Source of the DNA: Guillardia theta CCMP2712
Taxonomy: Eukaryota > Protista > Cryptophyta
Length of the DNA stretch: 64,000 nt
Direction of reading: 5' to 3'
NCBI RefSeq assembly: GCF_000315625.1
Contig: NW_005434658.1
Coordinates: forward strand, 711,139-775,138
The notes under the pieces were generated by a model that worked only from the letters and a program-made list of their open reading frames with translations, searched no databases and was not told where the DNA came from. Each line of letters starts with the position of its first letter. Position 1 is the first letter of the stretch. Positions 36,690 to 47,666 of the stretch are shown here, piece by piece. A program made the translations under genes and the position numbers.

Positions 36690-37510
36690 GAAACTTGACG
36701 GTAACATCTTCTCTGGCGGGCCCGGCGGGGCGGACTGCGGCATCGACCATCCGATCCAATTGTTTGTGTCGCTGGGGACTCTGAGCGCTGTGATAGAACG
36801 GCGGCTGAGGGCGTAGTATGGCACTGCCGCAGGCTGCCACCGTGAGCCTGACTCAGTGATCGGACTCCGGCGTTCAAGTTCGTGGCGGGCGGCCCGGCCG
36901 GGCGCGGGGGCCGGGGCCCTGGGCCCAGGAGTACTACCGTAGTACGGCGGGGCCGCTACGGTACGGTGCCATGATCCCGGGCCGGGCCGGGCTGAGATCA
37001 GTGACGAGTCACTGGGCAGCAGGATCTAGCAAGTAGTGCTTAAGTTACTAGAGGACTTTACTAGGGCCCATGATTGTGTGACGGCGGAACGACTCTCATG
37101 CCAAAGACTTGTAAAAGGGGGCGATGCCATGAAAACAATATAGATTTAAGTATTACTCATCTTTCGGATTGGTACAATTATTCCTTTTATTTAATTATAA
37201 TTTATTCTAAATGTTTTATAAAAAAGATGATGATTTTAAAAATGATCAAACGTATCCATGTGACCCACCCCATCCATCCCCTGAAGGTCTTCCTGAACCC
37301 CTTTTTATACCCATATTCTACTATGAAGTACCCGGTACTTTACATCACTACCCACTCAGATGAAATTACTCCCACTTTTATTTTTTCGTTCCTCGTCAGG
37401 GTAGCAAGAATAACCCCCTACCCTACCCCCCTTCTCCCCTCTTCAATCATCCAATCCTCTTCTGGGTAACTACCCGGTACATTCCACTACCCCTACCCTG
37501 CTCCGGCAAA
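36690..37510. promoter_or_regulatory. Intergenic CCGG/GGCC-rich island 6, AT-rich patch, then TACCCC tract
   Basis: TGACTCAGTGATCGGA, GGCCCGGCCGGG, GTACTACCGTAGTACGG, TCAGTGACGAGTCACTG. AT-rich at 37130-37250, CCCCTACCCTACCCC at about 37415. Confidence 0.5.
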
Positions 37511-37555
37511 GGTATAGCCTGCCTTGTCCCCTGCACCATCTTCCCGTGGCCGCCC

Positions 37556-39718
37556 ATGCCGTATACGCGATGGCTGCTGCCGCTGATAGTGGCAGGAGCT
37601 GGCGCCTTTAACCTCTCGCCAGCTCCACTTGGAGGAGTAGCACGGAAGAGCCCCGTCTCGCCCGCCTCCTCTTTCATCACTCCGCCTCCCCTTGCTGCCC
37701 GCAGCTCTCGCAGGGCGGCACGCATGGGGCAAGGGAGGACTGGCAACGACTTCCTGGCAACGACGATGAGCTCAGGTAAGGAGCCACCTCTTCACTTAGT
37801 TCACATCCATGCCTTAGAGGGCATTCCTGCCCTAGCTTCCTTGTCCCAGCAGCTAGCCTCTCGTTGTTCCTTCACCTCGCTCTGAGACTGTCGTGACTTG
37901 TTGTGTAGCTGTTACGCCGGAGAATCCTCTGAAAGTTGTCATTGCGGGCGGTGGGGTTGGGGGACTTTTCCTCGCAAAAGCACTTCAGAAGAAGGGATGC
38001 AAGGTTCTGATCCTCGAGAAGACTGGGAAGTTTGCCAGATTCGGAGGCCCGATCCAGCTTGCTAGTAACGCTCTTGCCACCATCAAGGGCATCGACGAGA
38101 CGCTGTTTACTGAAGTGATGGAGAAGTTCACCTTTACGGGGACGCGGACTAACGGGATCAAGGACGGAATCAGGACGCAGTGGTACACCAAGTTCGATGC
38201 GATCACCAAGATGGCCGAGTACTTCAATCTGCCTTACACCGGCGTTGTAGACCGCCCGGATCTGCAAGAGATTCTGTTGAAGTCGGTTGGAGAAGATGAG
38301 ACGGTCAGGAGGAGCTCTCCCGTGTCGCGCTTCGAGCAGCTCGGGGACGGCAAGGGCGTGAAGGTCTACCTGGAGGACGGGACGTGCGAAGAGGCCGATG
38401 TGCTAGTGGGGGCAGACGGTATCTGGTCCACCATCAGGGCCCAGCTCTGGAACCAGGACGCCAAGGGCCCCAAGTCAGGGACGACGTACTCGGGGTATAC
38501 CTGCTTTGCTGGAGACACCATCCAGCGACCGGACTACTACTTCGACGTCGGGTACCAGGTGTACATCGGGCCAGGGAAGTATTTTGTCACCTCAGATGTC
38601 GGGAGGGGGAGGACGCAGTGGTACGCTTTCCTCGCCCTGCCCGAAGGGACCAAGAGCCGAGCCTCGAACCTCGAGTACTTGCAGGAGCTGTTCTCCAAGG
38701 GGAAGGAGGGAAGGTGGTCGGAGGAGGTCTTCAAGGTGCTGGACGCGACTCCTGAGGAGAACATCGAGCAGAGGGATCTCTTCGACAGGCCCCCGAGCGT
38801 CACCAAGAGCTGGTCAAAAGGACACGTCACCATGATCGGAGACGCCGTTCATCCCATGATGCCCAACCTGGGGCAGGGAGGCTGCCAGGCGATCGAGGAC
38901 GCGTACGTGCTGAGCGAGATCCTCGGGACTGTGGAGAAGAGGGAGGACATCCCCGGAGCTCTGCGTTCCTTCTACTTCAAGCGCCTGCCTCGCACCTCTG
39001 TCATCCAAGGCCTTTCCAGGATCGCTTCCGACCTTATCGTCTCCGCCTTCGACACTCCTTTCCAGGTGGGCCTCCTGCAAGTCTTCAACCCCCTGCTCTC
39101 GTCTCCCTACTTCACTTGCCCTCTCTCTCTTCCTTCTTCTACCCTTCTCTCATCCTCTTCCCTTCCCTTCGATCTCCTTCCCTTTCCATTATCTCCTTTC
39201 CTGACCGCTCACTGACGAAGCGATGGTGCTTGGCTCGTCTACTCGACGAACCCTATCAGCCGGCGTGGGTTGACAACCGGTACGGCCCGCTCGGTGGTCC
39301 ACTGGGCATCAACAACATCTTCACGAGGATCTTTCAGCCGTTCATGGGCCTCATCTTCTATGCTCAGTTCGGCTACGTCTACACTTTTCACCCCAAGAAG
39401 TGCACTGACGAGGAGATCAAGAACCTTGTTGACACGGTCCTGATGCTTCTCTACTCCTCTTCACTCACCTCCTCCTGTTCTGCTCCAATCCCGCTCTCCG
39501 ACTTTTTCTCCTGCATCTCCTCGCCGTGCTCTGCTCTGTTCTGACTGTTGCGCAGGTCATGGCCCGTCACAAGAAGGAGGCCGAGGCGACGTGGAAGCGG
39601 GTGGGAGGTTGGAGAGAGCGAAGGGCTCGTTGTGACGGTCTGGCAGGTCGGAATGATGTCGCAGGCAGAGATCGATGCTATGGAGGGGAGGGAAGGAGCT
39701 GGTCTTGGTTTCAGGTGA
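37556..39718 (+). CDS. ZEP: Zeaxanthin epoxidase-like FAD monooxygenase with bipartite plastid presequence
   Basis: Signal peptide LLPLIVAGAGA|F and S/P/R-rich transit peptide. IAGGGVGGL, GGPIQLASNALATIKGID, LVGADGIWS, YSGYTCF, IGDAVHPMMPNLGQGGCQAIED. Intron at 37776-37908. Confidence 0.9.
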
Positions 39719-39995
39719 AGCTGCTGGGACGATAGATGTACAACTAGGTTTTCAATACACATAAGATGAGGAGGGAAGAGCTTGTAGCGGAGACCCCGGG
39801 GGTTAGCAGGGCAGGGGACGTTCAGATCTCCTCTACTACCATGGAGCTTTTCCTTGGCAACGCCCTTCCTGCTAGTATTTTCCTTGTCTTCTCCAGGGAA
39901 TCTGCACGAACTCAGTTGACCAGGAGGAGGTGTTGGAAGAGCAAGAAAGGGTGCAAGAGAAAGAAGAGGACGAGGAAGGTGAGAAGGAGTAGGCA

Positions 39996-40037
<42 letters not shown>

Positions 40038-40047
40038 GATATCCCCC

Positions 40048-42760
40048 TCACCCCGCAGTGTCATGTCCTTGTTCAACGTCCACTCCTCTTCGTTCCATCT
40101 TGCCGTGAGCCCGCGGTGGACAGCAGAGACAGCCCCCTTTGTCCTCCTTCTCACTAGCTCCTTCTGGACTGCCAGCAGGTCTCAGGGGGGAGAGGGAGGA
40201 GCAAATCTCACCCTCTGGTGAGAGGACGCTCTCGATCAGAGGAACTCCAGACTGCAAGTGAACTCAGCTCGCGTACCGACAACCCCTCTGTCCTCTTCCT
40301 CCTCCTCTTCTCCTCCTCCCCTCCTCATTCTCCGTTCCTTCTTCCCCCTCTTCTCCTCTCTGTCCTTCCTCCTCATTCCCCTCTCCTTCTCTTCAATCCC
40401 CATCCCTACCCCTCTTCGCTCCCACCCTGCCCTACTCCCCACCCTCCTCTACTCTCATCCCCATGGTTCTCTCGTCAGCCTCCCTCTTCTTCCTGCATTT
40501 GTTTCCTCTCCTCTCCTTGAACTCTACTCTCTCAAACCTTCTGGGCTGTCAGGTAGAGATTCAGTTCCACAAGGAATCGTTTCTTGTGCTTGACAGGAAT
40601 GTTGTTGGGAATAGTGTCCTCCTCCTCCTCCTCGTGATCTCCTTCTCCATCTTTCGCCTTCCGCTCGGCCATCTGCTCAAACGACGGATGAGGAGCATCA
40701 GGTTGAAAGCAGAGGCGAGCTTAGACCTCCAAGAGCTCATCCTCCATCTCCTCCTCCTCCTCCTCCCCGCTCTTCTCTGCTCATCACGTCAGACTCGGAG
40801 CCCCAGGTACCTCCGACTGCTCACCTTTCATGAACTGAGCGTACGCCTCTGAGAACTCCGTCCCGATGACCTGACGGCACGTGACCAGGAGCCAGGAGTC
40901 ACGTGGGACGCTACCGTCGTTGGCATGGCCAGAACGACAACGCCCAGGATGGCGGCGACTCCTCCTATCAAGTAGCCCAGCGGAGTTTCAGGGGTCTGCT
41001 AGCAGTGAGCTTTGCTGGGACATCAAGTTCCACTCACAATGTCTCCATCTGTGCTCGTCCACGTCGCAAACATACCGAACTCGTCAGCCGACAACAGGAG
41101 ATAGTGGAAGGAGGGACTGAGGTAGGCGAGGAGGGGGGGAAAGGACGGGGGGAGAGGAGGGGGGAGAGAAGAGTGAGGAGTAGGAAGAATGGGAGGGAGG
41201 AGGGAGGGAGGGAGGGATATGGGAGAAAGGCAAGTGCCAGAGTTGCAACTCACATCCGATGGTTGTCATAGTCACCTGTACGCACAGGCATCATCGAGTT
41301 GCTTCCTCTACAAGTTTCACTCACCATCGACCACCACAAGGCGTTGGGGATCGAGTTGAACTGAGAGACGTTAGGCGGACTGGCTGATGACTTCCTGCAC
41401 GAACCTGCGACCTCGTGCCGTCTCTCTTGATGCACAGGTTGCCGACGTCTGTACAGACTCCATCCGGCAGGCAGGCGGATGGGTCGGGGAAGCTAGAACG
41501 AGGAGGAAGGAAAGAAGTTCATGGGAGGAGGATGGAAAAGGGACAGGAGGGAAGTTGAGAAGGATGGGAGAGAGAAAGGGGGAAGGGAGAGGAGCGCAGG
41601 AGGGAGGAGGGAAACAGAGTGAGAGAGGTAAGGCATGAGATGAGGAATCACCTTGCGTTGGGAGCGAAGGATCGGTTGTCCGTTGCTGCGGACCTGTTGC
41701 TGTAGCCGATGATGTGGACCGACGCAGATGTCAGCCACCCGACGGAGCCGTCGGCGAATGTGACGGCAGTGCAGTTGTTGTACGAATTTGACCCTCCTGA
41801 CTGCAGTGACGTGTCAGCCAAGGCTGGACGAGAGGGCTCTGTCGGGGTACTCACGCATTTGTACTCGATCAGGCAGATCTCGCCGTTCTCCACGGAGAAG
41901 ATGAGACTCGCAGTCACGATCTGAATGAGGAAGATGACGAAGGAGATCGAGACTAGAAACCTCCAGCTCCTTCTGAACGTCCTCATGATCACTGCCAGCC
42001 CCTTCTGGTGCTTTCCCAGCTTGAGGAGCCGGAAGATTCGAGCAACTCGAACCACTCGGATGATGGCCAGACCTTTCCCACCTGAAGTGGCCGCTGCAAG
42101 CTCGATGTAGAAGGGAGCGATAGCAAGGAAATCAATGACATTCATGGGCACCATGGCAAACCTGAGCCTCGACCGCAAGTACTGAGACAAGCTCTCGTTC
42201 ATGAAGCAGGAGTGTGGTGTAGGATGCAACAGAAGTCGAGCCCCATAGTCGAGAGTGAAGACGCTGATGCAGAACTCTTCGATCGAGGAGAACACGTGCG
42301 CTGAGTATGTGAAGCCGGGGGTTCCTGTCAAGCAGGCTTGAGGAGCAGGATGAGTGTGAGAGAGTATGGTACCTGGCTCTGCTTCTGTGTAGAAGTTGGG
42401 TAGGGTAGAGACACAAAAGCTGACCGTCGACAGCAAGATCACAAAGGTTGCAAGAGTTGACCAGAGTCTCGCAATCAAGCTGGAGCCTGGGTTTTCAAAC
42501 ACTTGCCAGACAAGTAGTCTGTACTTGCGAAAGTATGAGACATGAGAGCTTCGGATGTTGAAGCATATCTGCTTGAAGGTTGCGTAGTCTGTCTTGTCGT
42601 CTTGTACGTAGTTCTCGATCACAATGTGATAATGGAACTGATCGAACACTTCATGGATGGCGCTGATCAACTCCTGCTTGTCAAGGAGACGGTCTCTGCG
42701 CACATCATGCTTGATGAAGATGGACGACAGATATTCTTCGCTGGAGCAGTCAAACTTCAT
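40048..42760 (-). CDS. Voltage-gated K+ channel (Kv/Shaker-like) with N-terminal EF-hand-like domain
   Basis: WQVFENPGSS, MNVIDFLAIAPFYI, S4 IRVVRVARIFRLLKLGKH, FNSIPNALWWSM|VTMTTIG|YGDI filter split by introns. C-terminal exons approximate. Confidence 0.9.
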
Positions 42761-43028
42761 TCTTGCTGCTGATGTCCAGCACAAACTGCCCCGAGGTCCC
42801 CTCCTCTTCCTTCCCCCCCCCCTTCCCTCCCTCCTCCTTGTGCCCTTTGCGTGCCCTCTCCTCTCCTCCCACTTCTTCCCCTCTCCCTTGTTCGCTTCCT
42901 GTCCCGGCGCAGCTCCGCTTCACTTCACCTCCCCCTTTTCTCCCCTCCCCTGCATTGTGTGGGGGCTGGTGATGAAAATAAAAAAACGTCAAGTCCAACG
43001 GCCATCAGCAAGGAATGCACCAGGCGCG

Positions 43029-44139
43029 ATGAAGGAAGGACTGCTACACGCGCTTGTCAAGGAGGACGAGGACTTGGAGGCGAAGGAGCTCAAGAGGGTC
43101 CTCGTCATCGAGACGGCCGAGATCGCTTCCAGGTGATAGTTCCCCGTCTGACACCTGAGGGCTATCAACTGAATCCTTGACTCCGACTCTTTATGCGCAC
43201 TAGGTTATGGGCGAGCATGGAGAAGGATGCGGAGGGAGTCCTCAGCCAGACTTCGATGCGTCTGGTCCTGGGGAAGAACTCCGGCCTTGCTGGGATAGCA
43301 GGCCTTCAAGATTCTTTGGCAGACTGGAACGAAGAAACTCCGATCACCTTTGAGATCCTCACGTCTCAGTACAAGAAGGTCCTCTGCAACACAGAGGATG
43401 TGATAGGTTGGGTTCCTCTGCACTGGGCAGCGTCCAAAGGAAGGGTAGCAGCGATCAAGGTGCTGCTCGAGCACGGTACGGGCGACCTTCATCTACCGCG
43501 CTTCTAAGCTGCCCATTTCCAGGAGGAGACGCCAACCACAAGACCTCGGATGGTGTGACCGCAGCCCACGAGGCGGCAAGGACAGGTCTCGATGTGCCTC
43601 TGGTCTACGTGAGGTGTTGTCCTGGTTGTGATGGTGGCGGGCAGGCCGAGTCGACTGCCTTGAGATGCTGCATGAGTTCGGAGCGAACCTCGACATTGAG
43701 TCGGACAACGGCAATCGACCCTCCCACTACGCTGCCAAGTACGGGCACGAGGCGGTCCTGCGCTTCCTCTACAAGAAAGTCGACTTCCATGTGAGGAGCG
43801 GGGCGGGAAGCTGCCTTGACCTGAGAGATTGTTAGGCTCCGAACAACATGGGATGGACGCCCTATCATTTCGCAGCCAGACACGGGAAAGCTGCTATAAT
43901 CCGCCTTCTTGACATTTTAGTTCGTGTTTCTAGTCGTGACTTGACGGCCTTGAGATTCTGATCAGGATGGGTTCACTACTGCGCCAGACAAGTTGGGCAA
44001 GACAGCGATGGACCTCGCCGTGGCCAACCACCACCAGGTCGGTTGTGTTCCTCTTTCAGCATACCTCTCACTACTGCGATAGGAAGTGGTGGATGCTCTT
44101 TCAGAGAAGAAACCTGAAGAAAATGAGGAGCAAGACTGA
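43029..44139 (+). CDS. Ankyrin-repeat protein
   Basis: GWVPLHWAASKG, GVTAAHEAARTG, GNRPSHYAAKYG, GWTPYHFAARHG and GKTAMDLA across short introns. Confidence 0.88.
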
Positions 44140-44448
44140 GGGCTCTTGCCTTCGCGACATGAGAAGGTTTGGCATTCATTCACTCGATTCTGTTCGCAAG
44201 CTCACAAGCTTGTCAGGGTTCGACGTATCCAGACTTTTTCACGTCTACCAATCCGATGCAAGAGGAGGAATCGTGCCTGCAGACCAGCACTTTCAGAACT
44301 CTGTCTTGCTCCCCTCGACTCACTTGTCGCCTGCCCCTCTGCTGGTGCGCAAGTGTTTGAAACTTGCAATCACTGAATGATCAGAGAGCCTGGCTTTCCT
44401 TTCTGTCGAGGAAGTTTTCCGTTAACCGATGGCAGTGAAACGACTATC

Positions 44449-45531
44449 TCACTTACTTTGGTTCTCTTCGTTGGCCAGCGGCAGGTCAAGAGCTGCTTTC
44501 CACGTGTTGTCCAGAACAGCACCCTGTCTGTCTGCCTCCTCCATCTTGTCGAGGAGGACGAGGGTCGACCTCCGCTGGGTCTCGCCGCTGTCAGCTGCTC
44601 TCATGCGCCGTTCGGGCAAGTTGTACTGCAGCTTCATGAAGTAGAGATCGCTCCTTTTGAGCCCGAGGTCAGTCGTCAGGAGGTAGTTCACCACATCCGC
44701 ATGGTTTCGGTCTGCGGCGCATCTGATCGCCCTCTTGCCATCGATGGTCTTTGCGTTCAAGGGAGATCCGCTCGCCACCAGCAGCCTCACCATCTTCAAG
44801 TTTCCATTCCATGCGGCGAAGTGAAGGGCCGTCCTCCCGTACTGTCATGCGGAAGTTACAACCAGATCACAAGAATCAAGGTCATCAGAAGAGGAAACAC
44901 CGCAAGAACATGTAGCACGATAGTGACAGAGGCTTACCCCATCGCACACAGACAAATCTGCATTCTCATGCAGCAAGTACGTCACGTGAGCCAGGTCGTC
45001 AGTTCTGGCCGCTTGCAGGATACCACCTTCCGTACACTGCTGTTCCATAACGTGACCTGATCGTTTTCTTGAGCGGATCCATCGCCATTCAGGTCTTTCT
45101 TCAGCCCACGCACTCTGCGGAGCATCCGGATTGACTCTTGCGAGGTTGAATGCAACTGTAGGATTCTTCAGGTTAGATAGTGGATCCATCTGCACCAAAC
45201 TCTACCATGTCTGCAATCTTGGCATGATCGCGCATCGCAACCTACATCATCCGCACCGCACAATGAGTAGCAGAGTCCAGGACTTTCATCAGCCCGCTCC
45301 TTCAGAATAGGTAAGACTTCTCGAAGACAGCACGGCACTGGTTCGCGCCATCACAGCAAGCCATACATGGCGATATTCCATACAGCTCTCTTGTATTCCC
45401 ATTCGGCCAGTGAGCCTCTGTTGTTAGCATCAGGAGTGTACGAAGAACAGCACGACATCATCAGGGCAACCAGCCATCACCTGTTTGCTCGCCACTGATC
45501 GCCTGCTCCTTCCTGCCTTTGACCACTCCAT
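44449..45531 (-). CDS. Ankyrin-repeat protein, convergent with the previous gene
   Basis: ILQAARTDDLAHVTYLL, GRTALHFAAWNGNLKMVRLLV, GKRAIRCAADRNHADVVNYLL. Start codon tentative. Confidence 0.8.
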
Positions 45532-45569
45532 TTTTGTACACGCCAAGTCCTCCGCTAGTTGAGTAAAAC

Positions 45570-46240
45570 TTGGGGGCGGGGGGTGGGCGGGCCCTATCGG
45601 ATGATCGGATCGGACGCCGTCGGAGTCGGGCCACGCCGCGCCGGGTTTGAGGCTAGATGATACTACTCAGTGACAGCTGAGCAAACCCGGAAGTATGACT
45701 GCGGTCCCGGACACTGTTCTTTTGTTGGTAGTAAATTTCCACGCTTGTTACTACGGTTCCGGCTGAGCGTTTTCGAACTAATATTTCGGGGTGGATTCGA
45801 AATTTTCAAGTTCTCCAAGCGCACATTGCCAAATCACCAACAGGCATGAACTTAAGCACAATTAACCCCAAAGGCCCCGTGCCACGTGCTGCGTCTAGAC
45901 AAGTCGACGAGTCATCAACTGCCGCAGGCCTAGTTATAAACGGCGTCCACAAAGATACCGTCAGGCAACCTCTTGCTGCAGTGCCGGTACCGTAGTACAG
46001 CCGGTGGGTTGCACTTGTCTCAGTAGTACCGTAGAATCGGGCAGGGCAGGGGGGTGAGGGTAGTAGGGGCTACAGTCAAAATGAGATTCCTTTATGCCGA
46101 CTTCCCACCCCACCCCCATCAGATACTTGTAAGATTTGCTGCCACCCCGGAAACTTCCTCATTATTCTAGTCGATGCACCCCGTACTCGCACTACCCTGT
46201 TACTCACCGGGCTACGGTAGTACCTTAAATCCGGCAACGG
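45570..46240. promoter_or_regulatory. Intergenic island 7 (weaker) between divergent genes
   Basis: CGGATGATCGGATCGGA, TACTCAGTGAC, GGTACCGTAGTAC, CTACGGTAGTACC, and a short G-to-C tract switch at about 46080. Confidence 0.45.
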
Positions 46241-46564
46241 GAGATCCCTTTAAATGTACGATCATCACTTAAGAGTCACGGTACCTCGAGGTTGTACAAG
46301 TACGAAATCACATAGTTTCGAACCCTCAGGGGTTCAACTTGATGCGAAATGTATCATTTTCGAAGACGCTGGGTTTCAAGCTCAGGGGACATTGTAAAAC
46401 GACTGGCGACCGCATAACGAAAGGAAGATTTTTGGGTTGAGATCTCCTGAGAGAACGACGGGAAGGGAAAGGAACAGGACCAGAGCGGAGAACACAATCG
46501 AAGAGCAGAAGAAGTCCTGTCAAGTTTTCCTCCACCATCGTTCGCAAACATCTTTCTTCACAGA

Positions 46565-47556
46565 ATGGTTGAAACAAGGCACAAGGAGAAATCTCCTCCC
46601 GAAGCGATCAAGAAAGAGTGCGAGCTCCAGTCTCCCCTCAACAGGCTGAAGAATGTTCGTGAAAATGTTGCTGATTCATCCCGCTGCCGTCTGACATCTT
46701 GAGCAGGACAGCGCCGTTCGTTTCTCAATGCCCTACAACGAAGCTCTTCAACCAAGTTTCGAAGCACGGGTCATCACAGAAGCTAGCCACCCCTTCAGGA
46801 TAGTCCACGTCAACCCATCCTGGATGTCACTGTGCGGATTCACCGAGGAGGAGGCGGTCGGAAAGACTCTCTCCATTATTCAGGGGCCTGCGACGGACTT
46901 CGATGCCATTCAGGAGCTGGAGAAAAACGTCAATAGCTGCCGGTATGCGGCAACGATCCTGCTCAACTACAAGAAAGGAGGAGAGCCCTTCGTAAACTTC
47001 CTGCAAGTGAGCTTCTCCTCCATTTCCTCTACCACATCACCACCTCCTCAACCACTACCACCACCACCACCTAAACCCCTGCCCTCTTACACACTGACGT
47101 TCTGCTTTGCAGACGATCCCACTGGTCAACGAGGACGGGGCTATCACGCACTTCCTGGGGATCTTAGAGGATCTGAGGCTGATCGACTTGAAGAAAGGCA
47201 GCAGGAGCCTTGCAGGGAAGCGAGCAAGACAAGAAAACATGTCCATGAGCATTGAGCGACTCGTCATCTCCGATGTATGCACGAGCATTTACTGTGAGAA
47301 CCTGCCCTCACATGTCATGCAGGAACGGTCCCATAGGAAGCAGGAGGAGGAGGAGGAGGAGGAGGAGGAGGAGGAGGAGGAGAAGCGATTCCAGAGGAGA
47401 CGGTTCTCCGACAGTTCCCTCATGAATGCGAGTGAGAGAGAATCTCTCGAGGGAAAGATGGCGGCCGATGACAGTGAGACCCAAGACTCTTTCGACTCCT
47501 TCGACTTGGACGAGAAGCCGGAGGGCACAGACTTCTGCTGGCTCAGCATGATCTAG
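46565..47556 (+). CDS. Single PAS (LOV-like) domain protein with acidic tail
   Basis: ARVITEASHPFRIVHVNPSW..LCGFTEEEAVGKTLSIIQGPATD..LLNYKKGGEPFVNFLQ|TIPL..ITHFLGI. Start tentative. Confidence 0.85.
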
Positions 47557-47666
47557 CAGCATGATCTTGCATTCCTCGTCCTCCTTCTTCCATGTAAATG
47601 AACGCACACCAACACCAACACCATTGTTCTTGTACTCGATTTCACTTCTGCGCTACCATTGCACTC

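Noticed and set aside
46300-46345. GGTTCGA (tRNA T-loop/B-box-like) on the minus strand, also at about 51310 on plus
   Set aside because: No cloverleaf stems or A-box at the expected spacing.
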